Shown here: positions 9,307 through 17,830 of the stretch, piece by piece
How positions within the stretch are numbered: the stretch's first letter is position 1
How the letters are laid out: each line of letters opens with the position of its first letter
Assembly: GCA_017524445.1 (NCBI GenBank)
Contig: JAFXVP010000070.1
Span: 30,760-94,759 of the forward strand
DNA from: Clostridia bacterium
GTDB taxonomy: Bacteria; Bacillota; Clostridia; Christensenellales; CAG-138
Length of the DNA stretch: 64,000 bases
Direction: 5' to 3'
Notes under the pieces: generated by a model
The model's database searches: none
What the model saw: the letters and a program-made list of their open reading frames with translations, nothing else
What the model was told of the DNA's origin: nothing
Program-made: the position numbers and the translations under genes

Positions 9307-9340
9307 GAAGGGCTGGGCGCATAGCCCGGCCCTTCTTCTT
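9307..9340 (+). terminator. Intra-operon hairpin (partial terminator or mRNA stabiliser) between the SBP and ATPase genes
   Basis: gaagggctgggc-gcata-gcccggcccttc followed by ttcttt. Confidence 0.5.
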
Positions 9341-9373
9341 TACAATGAATGACAAGGAAATGGGGGACGCAGC

Positions 9374-10930
9374 ATGAGCGAATATGTCATTGAGATGTTG
9401 AACATCACCAAAGAGTTCCCCGGCATCAAGGCAAACGACAATATTACGCTGCAGTTGAAACACGGCGAAGTCCATGCGCTTTTGGGCGAGAACGGCGCCG
9501 GGAAATCAACGCTGATGAGCGTACTGTTCGGCCTGTATCAGCCGGAAGCCGGCGTCATCAAGAAGGACGGCAAGGAAGTCAAAATCAACAATCCGAATGA
9601 TGCGAACGCATTGCATATCGGCATGGTCCACCAGCACTTCAAGCTGGTCGAGATATTCACCGTGCTCGATAACATCATTCTCGGCGCTGAGCCGAACAAG
9701 ATGGGCTTTCTGAAGAAAGCGGAAGCCCGCAAGAAAGTTTTGGAGCTGTCCGAAAAGTACGGTCTGCAGGTCGATCCGGACGCCAAGATCGAGGATATTT
9801 CCGTCGGCATGCAGCAGCGCGTCGAGATCCTGAAGATGCTCTATCGCGACAACGAGATCCTGATCTTCGACGAGCCGACGGCCGTTCTGACGCCGCAGGA
9901 GATCGACGAGCTGATGGAGATCATGCGCAACTTCACAAAGGAAGGCAAGTCGATCCTGTTCATCACCCATAAGCTCAACGAGATCATGGCGGTCGCCGAT
10001 CGCTGCACGGTCCTTCGCAAGGGCAAGTACATGGGTACCGTGGACATCAAGAACACGACGAAAGAGGAGCTTTCCCGCATGATGGTCGGCCGCGACGTCA
10101 AGTTCGAGGTCGATAAGGAGCCGCAGAAGCTCGGCGACGTCGTTCTCGACGTACAGCATGTCACCGTTCCCTCGAAGCTCCATTCAAACAACGCGGTCAA
10201 GGACGTCAGCTTCCAGGTCCGCGCGGGCGAGATCGTCTGCCTCGCCGGTATCGAGGGCAACGGACAGACGCAGTTCGTGTACGCGCTGACCGGTCTCGAC
10301 AAGATGTCGCACGGCAAGATTACCATGCTCGGTCACGACATCACGAGAGCAAAGATCCGCGAACGCAGCAAGCTCGGCATGAGCCACATTCCGGAGGACC
10401 GCCATAAGCACGGTCTGGTGCTGGATTTCACACTCGAACAGAATCTTGTTCTGCAGCGCTACTGGCAGCCGGAGTTCCAGAAATATGGATTCATCAAGAA
10501 TGCAGAGGTCCGCAAGTACGCTGAACGCCTGATCAGGGAGAACGACATCCGTTCCGGTCAGGGGCCGATCACCACGGTGCGTTCGATGTCCGGCGGCAAC
10601 CAGCAGAAGGCGATCGTCGCGCGCGAGATCGACAAGAATCCGGAACTGCTCGTGGCGGTGCAGCCGACCCGCGGCCTCGACGTCGGCGCGATCGAAGGCG
10701 TGCATAAGCAGCTTGTTGCGCAGCGTGACGCGGGTAAGGCAGTCCTGCTCGTTTCACTCGAGCTCGAAGAAGTCATGAGCGTCCCGGATCGTATCCTCGT
10801 CATGTACGAGGGCGAGATCGTCGGTGAATTCGATCCGAAGAAGACAACGGTTCAGGAGCTCGGTCTCTATATGGCAGGCGCAAAGAACATGTATCGCGAC
10901 GTTGAGAAGAAAGGGGGCGCCGAAGCATGA
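9374..10930 (+). CDS. ABC transporter ATP-binding protein with duplicated ATPase domains (nucleoside/simple-sugar type)
   Basis: GENGAGKST Walker A, LSVGMQQRVEI signature and a second signature MSGGNQQK; 518 aa. Confidence 0.92.
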   Translation: MSEYVIEMLNITKEFPGIKANDNITLQLKHGEVHALLGENGAGKSTLMSVLFGLYQPEAGVIKKDGKEVKINNPNDANALHIGMVHQHFKLVEIFTVLDNIILGAEPNKMGFLKKAEARKKVLELSEKYGLQVDPDAKIEDISVGMQQRVEILKMLYRDNEILIFDEPTAVLTPQEIDELMEIMRNFTKEGKSILFITHKLNEIMAVADRCTVLRKGKYMGTVDIKNTTKEELSRMMVGRDVKFEVDKEPQKLGDVVLDVQHVTVPSKLHSNNAVKDVSFQVRAGEIVCLAGIEGNGQTQFVYALTGLDKMSHGKITMLGHDITRAKIRERSKLGMSHIPEDRHKHGLVLDFTLEQNLVLQRYWQPEFQKYGFIKNAEVRKYAERLIRENDIRSGQGPITTVRSMSGGNQQKAIVAREIDKNPELLVAVQPTRGLDVGAIEGVHKQLVAQRDAGKAVLLVSLELEEVMSVPDRILVMYEGEIVGEFDPKKTTVQELGLYMAGAKNMYRDVEKKGGAEA

Positions 10931-12096
10931 AAAAAGGATTGATCAGTATTCTGTCGTCTGTAATCTCTATCCTCATCGGTCTGCTGTTCGGCCTCATCCT
11001 GCTGCTGATCGTCAACCCCGCGCAAGCGTTTCCGAAGTTCGGCGAAATGCTGACGGCGGGATTCTCCTCGGCGCCTAAGCTCGCAAAAGTGCTGTATCAG
11101 GCGGCACCGCTCATTATGACCGGTCTTGCCGTCGCGTTCGCGTTCAAAACCGGCTTGTTCAACATCGTCGCATCCGGACAGTATACGGTCGGCGCGTTTA
11201 CCGCACTGGCTTGCGCGATCATCTTCCAGATGCCGTGGTGGGTATGCCTGATCGCATCCATGATCGCCGGCGCTGTCTGGGGCTTCTTTCCGGGACTGTT
11301 TAAATCGTTGTTCAACGTTAACGAGGTCATTACGTCGATCATGTTCAACTGGATCGGCATGATGGCGGTCAATCTGCTGTGCATGAATCTTAAGAATGCG
11401 GCAGGCTTGAACGTCATGCTGCCGACGGCTTGGGTCTCGAGCCCGATCAAGGACCGCACGGCAGCGCTGTCCTATGCGAATCCGAACGCCATGATCCCGA
11501 AGATGGGGCTGGACAAGCTCTTTAATTCCAACTTCATGAACATCAGCATCTTTATCGCGATCGTCGTCGCGGTGATCATGTGGGTGATTCTGAACCGCAC
11601 CACGTTCGGCTATGAGCTGAAGGCGTGCGGCTTCAACAAGAACGCCAGCATCTATGCCGGCATCAATGCAAAGCGCAACATCGTCCTTTCGATGGTTATC
11701 GCAGGCGCGCTCGCCGGATTGGGCGGCGGCATCTATTACCTCGCCGGCACCGCGGAATACACGATCCAGAAGCTGCTGCTGCCGATGGGCTTCAACGGCA
11801 TCTCGGTCGCATTGCTCGCAACCTCGAACCCGATCGGAACGATCTTCTCCGCACTGTTCATTTCCTACATTCAGGTCGGCGGCGAATCGCTGCAGCCGGT
11901 CTTTGCAAAGGAAATGATCGACATCATCATTGCGGTCATCATCTACTTGAGCGCGTTTGCTCTGCTGACCAAGACGATCCTCTCGAAGTACATCCGTCTG
12001 GATAAGTCCAACGTCAATGCAGAACCCGCGTCCGCGGCGCCCGTCAAGCCGGATGTGAAACCGACTCTCAAGGAAAGCGAGGGCGAAAAAGCATGA
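10927..12096 (+). CDS. ABC transporter permease (NupB/YufP-like)
   Basis: Polytopic membrane protein, overlaps the ATPase stop, position in a BMP operon. Confidence 0.85.
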   Translation: MKKGLISILSSVISILIGLLFGLILLLIVNPAQAFPKFGEMLTAGFSSAPKLAKVLYQAAPLIMTGLAVAFAFKTGLFNIVASGQYTVGAFTALACAIIFQMPWWVCLIASMIAGAVWGFFPGLFKSLFNVNEVITSIMFNWIGMMAVNLLCMNLKNAAGLNVMLPTAWVSSPIKDRTAALSYANPNAMIPKMGLDKLFNSNFMNISIFIAIVVAVIMWVILNRTTFGYELKACGFNKNASIYAGINAKRNIVLSMVIAGALAGLGGGIYYLAGTAEYTIQKLLLPMGFNGISVALLATSNPIGTIFSALFISYIQVGGESLQPVFAKEMIDIIIAVIIYLSAFALLTKTILSKYIRLDKSNVNAEPASAAPVKPDVKPTLKESEGEKA

Positions 12097-13088
12097 TCGT
12101 ATTAGCAGACGTAATCAGCTCGACCATCGTATTTGCAGTACCGCTGCTGTTGGTCGCAATGGGCGGCATGTTCTCCGAGCGAAGCGGCATCATCAACATC
12201 GCTTTGGAAGGTATTATGATTATCGGCGCATTGATGGGCTGTCTCATGATGCGCTGGCTGGATCCGCTTGTGACGAACGGCCAGCTCGGCGCACAGCTGG
12301 GTATGCTGATCGCGACCCTGTTCTCAGGCGTTTGCGGGCTCGTATTCTCGGTACTGCTGGCATTTGCGTCCATCAACCTGAAGGCTGACCAGACGATCGG
12401 CGGTACGGCGCTCAACATGCTCGCGCCCGCACTCGCGATCGTTCTGACCTGGGTCGTTCAGGGTCAGGGCCAGACGACCATTCTGATCCCGACGTGGTCG
12501 CGCATCACCGAAGCCAACTTCGGACTGACGCTGGAAAACGGCTCTTTCATCCAGGCGCTGCTGTTCAAAAACTTCTACCTGACCACGATCCTGACGATCT
12601 TCCTGTTCGCGATCGCTGTTATTCTGATGTACAAAACCAAGTTCGGTCTTCGGCTCCGTTCCTGCGGCGAGCATCCGCAGGCGGCGGCGTCCGTCGGCAT
12701 CAACGTCTTCAAGATGCGTTATGCGGGCGTTCTGATCTCCGGCTTCCTTGGTGGTATCGGCGGTCTGGCGTTCACGCTGGCGGCAGGCTCCGGCTTCCAG
12801 TCCTCGGTCGCAGGTTACGGCTTCCTCGCATTGGCGGTTATGATCTTCGGTAACTGGAAACCGTGGTCGATCCTCGGCGCGTCCCTGTTCTTCGCGTTGT
12901 TCAAGGTCATCGGCGCATACGCGTCCAGCATCCCGTTCATGCCGCAGTTCAAGGAACTCGAGGGCACAAGCTCCTATCTCTGGCCGATGCTTCCTTACAT
13001 CATCACGATGATTCTTCTGGTGCTGACTTCCAAGAAGTCCCGCGCGCCGAAGGCGGAGGGCATTCCGTACGACAAGGGCATGCGGTAA
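12093..13088 (+). CDS. ABC transporter permease (NupC/YufQ-like)
   Basis: Polytopic membrane protein, 4-nt overlap with the preceding permease. Confidence 0.85.
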   Translation: MIVLADVISSTIVFAVPLLLVAMGGMFSERSGIINIALEGIMIIGALMGCLMMRWLDPLVTNGQLGAQLGMLIATLFSGVCGLVFSVLLAFASINLKADQTIGGTALNMLAPALAIVLTWVVQGQGQTTILIPTWSRITEANFGLTLENGSFIQALLFKNFYLTTILTIFLFAIAVILMYKTKFGLRLRSCGEHPQAAASVGINVFKMRYAGVLISGFLGGIGGLAFTLAAGSGFQSSVAGYGFLALAVMIFGNWKPWSILGASLFFALFKVIGAYASSIPFMPQFKELEGTSSYLWPMLPYIITMILLVLTSKKSRAPKAEGIPYDKGMR

Positions 13089-13102
13089 TCGCGATTCAAC
13101 AC

Positions 13103-13131
13103 AAAAGGACCGTTTCCGGACGGTCCTTTTT
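13103..13131 (+). terminator. Rho-independent terminator of BMP operon 1
   Basis: ggaccg-tttccgga-cggtcc followed by ttttt. Confidence 0.8.
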
Positions 13132-13166
13132 GTATGCAAAAAACGCGATCGGGAAACACTTTCGAT

Positions 13167-13730
13167 ATGTGGATCCTGATCGTTTTGTTTGTTCTGCTGT
13201 TTCTTTTGCTGCTTCTGTCCATGCCGCTGATCGTCGAGGCGGAGGCGCGGATCGGCGTGCGCGGCGCGGTCGTGCACGCAAAAATCTACGTGCTCGGGTT
13301 GATCCCGATCCCGCTGCGGCTGCGGCTGTATCTGCTTTGCGATCCGTATTTTACGCTGGTGATCGGCAAAAACCGGATCGGGCTGTTCGAAAAACGAAAG
13401 CACAGTAGGACGCGGATCAACGGCGTTCGGCTCTTGCGTCTCGATACGAGAACGACCGTCGGCGTGGACGGCGAGCCCGCCGCGGCTGTGCTGCTTGCGG
13501 GGACGATCGCCGTGCTGCTTTCGATGCTTACGACGCGCGTCGCGGAAGGCGGGTCGGCACAGGCGGCGCTTTGCGAAACGCCGATTGTCCGGATCTCCCT
13601 GTCGACGCAGGCGATCGTACAGCCGCTCCCGCTTGCGCTCGGGATCGTGCGCGGGCGTATAGCGCAGCGTAAAACGGCAAAGAATACCCGTAAAACCAAT
13701 GAAAAGAGGACAACATATGCATCCTGTTGA
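13167..13730 (+). CDS. DUF2953 / sporulation protein YtfI-like membrane protein
   Basis: MWILIVLFVLLFLLLLL N-terminus, LRLRLYLL motif, position directly upstream of ytfJ. The start was moved to the ATG downstream of the terminator. Confidence 0.6.
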   Translation: MWILIVLFVLLFLLLLLSMPLIVEAEARIGVRGAVVHAKIYVLGLIPIPLRLRLYLLCDPYFTLVIGKNRIGLFEKRKHSRTRINGVRLLRLDTRTTVGVDGEPAAAVLLAGTIAVLLSMLTTRVAEGGSAQAALCETPIVRISLSTQAIVQPLPLALGIVRGRIAQRKTAKNTRKTNEKRTTYASC

Positions 13731-14145
13731 AACGATACTGCAGACGACGATGCGCGAGCTCAAGAACATCGTCGACGTGAACACGATCGTGGGCAATCCC
13801 ATCTGCGGCGAGGGCGGCGCGGTGGTCATTCCGGTCTCAAAGGTCTGTCTCGGCTTTTTCGCGGGCGGCGGCGATTTTCCGACGCAGGCGGTCGCAAGGA
13901 AAGGCGCACCGGACTTCGACGCGAACGGATATCCTTTCTTAGGCGCCAGCGTCGTCGGTGTCTCCATCAGCCCGAAGGCGTTTTTGCACATGCAGGGCGG
14001 ACAGGTCACGCTTTTGCACGCCGACTGCGACAGCACGCTCGACCGGCTCGTGCAGATGATCCCGACGGCCATGACCGAAATCCGCGACGCGATCACGGAG
14101 ATCCGCGCGCAAAAGGAAGAACCGCCCGCGGAGAGCGAGCCGTGA
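13717..14145 (+). CDS. ytfJ: GerW/YtfJ family sporulation protein
   Basis: VNTIVGNPI...VIPVSKVCLGFFAGGGDF is characteristic of the family. GAGGA RBS lies 6 nt upstream of ATG 13717. Confidence 0.85.
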   Translation: MHPVETILQTTMRELKNIVDVNTIVGNPICGEGGAVVIPVSKVCLGFFAGGGDFPTQAVARKGAPDFDANGYPFLGASVVGVSISPKAFLHMQGGQVTLLHADCDSTLDRLVQMIPTAMTEIRDAITEIRAQKEEPPAESEP

Positions 14146-15239
14146 AACGGCTGCTTGCCGTGCTGCTTTGCGCGTTTCTGTTGCTGCCGCAGCCGGCGAA
14201 AGCGGAGCAAACGGATGTTCCGGCGCAGGCGGCGTATCTCATCGAAGCGAACTCCGGCCGCGTCCTGTACGCGAAGAACGAGACTGCGCGGCTGCCGATG
14301 GCGAGCACGACCAAGATCATGACGGCGCTTCTCGCCGTCGAATCGGGGCGGCTCACGGAGATTGTCACCGTTGTGCAGGAAGCTGTCGGCACGGAGGGCT
14401 CGTCGATGTATCTCAGGGCGGGAGAAAAGATCGCGCTCTCCGATCTCGTATACGGACTGATGCTGACGAGCGGCAACGACGCGGCGGTCGCGATCGCGTG
14501 CTTTCTGGACGGGAGCACGAGCGCATTCGCGGATCATATGAACGCGCGGGCAAAGGCGCTTGGGCTTTCCGACACACATTTTGTGACGCCGAACGGACTG
14601 CACGACCCGGACCATTACACGACGGCGAAGGACCTCGCGCTGCTCGGCGCGGCGGCGCTCGAAAACCCGTTCTTTGCGGAGATCGTACGCACGCAGTACC
14701 GAAGGACCGAAGGCACGAACCCGCATACGCTCAAGAACAAAAACCGGCTCCTGTGGGAGTACGAGGGCGGCATCGGCGTCAAGACCGGCTACACGAAGAC
14801 GGCGGGGAAGTGCCTCGTCTTTGCGGCGGAGCGTGGGGAAATGAAGCTTGTCGGCGCGGTGCTGAACTGCCCGACGATGTGGAACACCGCGAAAAGCATG
14901 CTGGACGCGGGCTTTCGCGATTACTGCGTCAAACCGTTTCTGACCCGCGATACGCTTTTTTCGCTTCCGGTCAAAAACGGCGTGAAAAAGGGATTGTCGG
15001 CGGCGCCGATTGCTGATATACTGTATCCGACGCAGACCGACGGCGGCGAAACGTATTCCGTGGAAACAGCGTTTGATACGCTTACAGCGCCCGTTCGGAC
15101 GGGGCAGCAGGTCGGCTCGGTTTTGCTTCTGCGGGACGGCGAGATCGTAAAGACGGTGCCGGTCGTCGCGTGCGAGACGGTCGACGCGGTCGGGTTTGCG
15201 TACTATCTCAAAAAGGCGGTCCTTTCGTTTCTCGAATGA
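14142..15239 (+). CDS. D-alanyl-D-alanine carboxypeptidase (peptidase S11, DacB/DacF-like)
   Basis: Signal peptide, SxxK motif (MASTTKIMT), SGN (LTSGNDAA), KTG (GVKTGYT). Confidence 0.9.
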   Translation: MKRLLAVLLCAFLLLPQPAKAEQTDVPAQAAYLIEANSGRVLYAKNETARLPMASTTKIMTALLAVESGRLTEIVTVVQEAVGTEGSSMYLRAGEKIALSDLVYGLMLTSGNDAAVAIACFLDGSTSAFADHMNARAKALGLSDTHFVTPNGLHDPDHYTTAKDLALLGAAALENPFFAEIVRTQYRRTEGTNPHTLKNKNRLLWEYEGGIGVKTGYTKTAGKCLVFAAERGEMKLVGAVLNCPTMWNTAKSMLDAGFRDYCVKPFLTRDTLFSLPVKNGVKKGLSAAPIADILYPTQTDGGETYSVETAFDTLTAPVRTGQQVGSVLLLRDGEIVKTVPVVACETVDAVGFAYYLKKAVLSFLE

Positions 15240-15255
15240 ACCGCGGGCGGGGCGT

Positions 15256-15978
15256 ATGCGTTTACAGAAATACATGGCGGACTGCGGCGTGGCGTCGCGT
15301 CGCGCCTGTGAGAAGATCATCGAAGGCGGACGGGTCACAGTGAACGGGATCCCGGCCGTCCTCGGTATGTCCGTGGAGGAAGGGGACGACGTGCGTCTCG
15401 ACGAAAAAAAACTCACGCCGCAGGAAAAGCGCGTCGTGCTGATGCTCTATAAACCGCGCGGCGTCGTTTCGACGTCCAGCGACGAATCGGGCAGAAAGAC
15501 GGTACAGGCGTTCGTTTCCGAGCTTCCGTACCGGCTCTATAACGTCGGACGGCTCGACCTCAATTCCGAAGGGCTGCTGCTGCTCACAAATGACGGCGAG
15601 CTTGCGAATCACCTGATGCATCCGCGCTTCGGCGTCAACAAGACCTACCGCGTCGTGTGCGACGGAACGCTTTCCGCGTCGGAGATCGCGACGCTGACGA
15701 ACGGCGTGCAGCTGGAGGACGGACTGACTGCGCCGGCGCGGGTCACGAACATTCGCCGTTCCACCACGGGCGGCACGGCGTTTTCGATCACGATCCATGA
15801 GGGCAGAAACCGGCAGATACGCCGTATGCTCGAGGCGGTCGGACACCGCACGCTGCGGCTGAAACGCGAGGCGTACGGCAATCTGAAGCTCGGCGACCTG
15901 CGGCCCGGGGAATGGCGGTATCTCACGCCGGAGGAGATCGAAGGACTGAAGGCGTGCTGTACAAATAAACCCGATTGA
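15256..15978 (+). CDS. rluB: Pseudouridine synthase, RluB/RsuA family, with an S4 domain
   Basis: MRLQKYMADCGVASRRACEKIIEGGRVTVNG S4 domain and GRLDLNSEGLLLLTNDGEL catalytic motif. Confidence 0.9.
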   Translation: MRLQKYMADCGVASRRACEKIIEGGRVTVNGIPAVLGMSVEEGDDVRLDEKKLTPQEKRVVLMLYKPRGVVSTSSDESGRKTVQAFVSELPYRLYNVGRLDLNSEGLLLLTNDGELANHLMHPRFGVNKTYRVVCDGTLSASEIATLTNGVQLEDGLTAPARVTNIRRSTTGGTAFSITIHEGRNRQIRRMLEAVGHRTLRLKREAYGNLKLGDLRPGEWRYLTPEEIEGLKACCTNKPD

Positions 15979-15996
15979 ACAAAGAACACGAAAAAA

Positions 15997-16023
15997 CCCT
16001 CTCCCGAAGGACACGGGAGAGGG
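15997..16023. terminator. Bidirectional terminator between convergent genes
   Basis: 10-bp stem ccctctcccg / cgggagaggg, flanked by an A-run upstream and a T-rich run downstream. Confidence 0.75.
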
Positions 16024-16042
16024 CATTCTTTTCTCCGACCGA

Positions 16043-17533
16043 TCAGCGGCGGCGTTTGACGGAACGGATTGCAAAGAACGTAACGACGCAAAGAAGCACA
16101 AATCCGACACCCATCGCAGCCAGCACGCCGATGGGAAGTTTGGACGGTTCCTCGACGGGAACCGGTTCCGAAGGCGTCGGGGACGGTTCCGGCGTCGGCG
16201 CTTCCGTCGGCGCGGGCGTGGGCTCTTCTGTCGGCTCCGGCGTCGGCGCGGGCGTGGGCGCGGGCGTGGGCTCCGGGGTCGGCTCCGGGGTCGGGGGAAC
16301 GTAATCGCTCAGGTCCTCCGCGGGAATGTTCTCGAGGAAATCGTTTTTTTGCACGTCCTCGCCGACTGTGCTGAACACCAGACCGTAATCGCACGGGAAC
16401 ATCCTGCGCTGATTGACGGATCGGATCGCGCCTTTGTCGTCTCCGCCGTGCCACAGCGTGATCGCTTCCAGGGAAAGCTCAAACGCCGTCTTGCCGTCAA
16501 ACGACGCGAGCGGCGTGTCAACGTCGATCGTGATCGGATTTTCCTTCCCCATATGCGTGTAAAACTTTTTGACCTGCCACGTTCCGTACTGTTCCGCAGA
16601 GTCTGGATAGCATTCCGGATCGGCGGCGTATTCGATGCATTGTTTCGTGATCTCCGCGGTCAGCTTATGCGCGCCGTCGCCGCTGTCGCCGTTTTCGATA
16701 TCGTGCGTGACGACGACCTGCGGACGCACACGCCGGATCTCGGCGGTCAGCAGCTCGTACGGATCGCGCCCGCTGCGGCGCAGCCATTCGTTTTCATAGA
16801 CCTGATAACTGTTTGTATGAAAGTCCTCGAATTCAAAGAAGGTTTTGAACGTATTGAGTCCGAGCAGGTGCGTGCCCGCTGAGCTTTCGCGCTGGCGTCC
16901 GATCGTATCGCAGGCGATGTCGACGACATGGACCTTGTAGCCGCGGTCGGTATAGGTCGGCAGTACGGCGCCGAAGACCAGACAATCGTCGTTCCCGTGC
17001 GTTTCCACGAGCATGATGTCCGCGCTGTCAAGCGGCTCTTCCCAGACGATCGCTTTCGGCGGGACCTGTTTTTCCGAGTAGACAAACAGCTCCGACATGT
17101 TCCCGGCTCCTTTGAGCACGGTCATGCGGACCGTACAGACGCCCTCCTCCGGAAAAACGGTGAGGAACCGGATCTTATCGGCATATTCGCGGGAGGAGAC
17201 GACTTCGCCGGCAGCATTGAGACACTCGACGAGCGCATGCTCCGGGATATAATTCCATTCCCAGTATACCGCGGCGGCAGGTTTCCCGTCGTTCCAGCTT
17301 ACGGTAAACCAATCCTCTTCCTCGAAGCGTACCGTTGAGGAATAGGTGTAGTCCGTCAGCTTCTGCATGTCTCGCTTTTCATCGAAGTCATGGGCGTGGA
17401 TCTCGATCGTGCAATCCTTGTTCATGGATAAATGTTCGGCAAACGCCTCGGCGGGCATCGAGGGAAACATAAAAAGAAAAACAATGACAATGACAGCGAC
17501 AAGAATCCGTTTCGCTTGTCCGTATCTGAACAT
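16043..17533 (-). CDS. Secreted, membrane-anchored PIG-L/LmbE-like deacetylase with an unknown N-terminal domain, a Pro/Thr-rich stalk and a C-terminal TM anchor
   Basis: Signal peptide (AKRILVAVIVIVFLFMFPSMPAEAFA). Divergent PIG-L-like motifs (LVETHGNDDC, VVTHDIENGDSGDGAHK). 52-aa PT linker, then a hydrophobic helix followed by KRRR. Confidence 0.6.
   Translation of the reverse strand: MFRYGQAKRILVAVIVIVFLFMFPSMPAEAFAEHLSMNKDCTIEIHAHDFDEKRDMQKLTDYTYSSTVRFEEEDWFTVSWNDGKPAAAVYWEWNYIPEHALVECLNAAGEVVSSREYADKIRFLTVFPEEGVCTVRMTVLKGAGNMSELFVYSEKQVPPKAIVWEEPLDSADIMLVETHGNDDCLVFGAVLPTYTDRGYKVHVVDIACDTIGRQRESSAGTHLLGLNTFKTFFEFEDFHTNSYQVYENEWLRRSGRDPYELLTAEIRRVRPQVVVTHDIENGDSGDGAHKLTAEITKQCIEYAADPECYPDSAEQYGTWQVKKFYTHMGKENPITIDVDTPLASFDGKTAFELSLEAITLWHGGDDKGAIRSVNQRRMFPCDYGLVFSTVGEDVQKNDFLENIPAEDLSDYVPPTPEPTPEPTPAPTPAPTPEPTEEPTPAPTEAPTPEPSPTPSEPVPVEEPSKLPIGVLAAMGVGFVLLCVVTFFAIRSVKRRR
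16142..16297 (-). repeat. Low-complexity coding repeat for the Pro/Thr/Glu-rich linker (PTPEPTPEPTPAPTPAPTPEP...)
   Basis: Read from the translation. The + strand shows ggcgcgggcgtg / ggctccggggtc reiterations. Confidence 0.9.
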
Positions 17534-17709
17534 GGAATCGCCTTTCCGCAAAGAACGCAGGGGACTTTGCCGTATTTCTTCGGACAGCATTATTACACAA
17601 AACGGCAAAAAACGCAAGCGCCGATCCACATTTCGGAACGATTCTGAACGAAACCCCCTCTATTTATGTATAATATGTGTAAAACCGTGTGTCGCGGAGG
17701 AGTTGTCCC

Positions 17710-17738
17710 TTGACTTTGCGACAGTTATCCGTTACAAT
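17710..17738 (+). promoter_or_regulatory. Sigma-A type promoter, TTGACT-17 nt-TACAAT, for BMP operon 2
   Basis: ttgact at 17710-17715, tacaat at 17733-17738, 17-nt spacer. Confidence 0.6.
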
Positions 17739-17830
17739 GTATTTGGTTAGTTTTTTTTGTACAAATTTGACGGCTGAAACACAGAGATGTGTTCAAATAC
17801 AGCAAAACAAAAAAGATTACGGAGGGAAAC

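Noticed and set aside
12324-15416. Very long antisense ORFs: 1030 aa here, plus 5309..7915(-), 33109..35667(-), 39772..41952(-), 59046..61223(-), 252..2072(-), 50944..53010(-) and others
   Set aside because: They lie exactly opposite well-recognised genes. Their translations are Arg/Ala/Asp/His-rich low-complexity strings with no motifs. Long stop-free antisense frames are expected in high-G+C coding DNA.
15975-16304. Gly/Val-rich + strand ORF (GVGAGVGSGVG...)
   Set aside because: It is the antisense reading of the Pro/Thr linker and C-terminal anchor of the minus-strand deacetylase gene.
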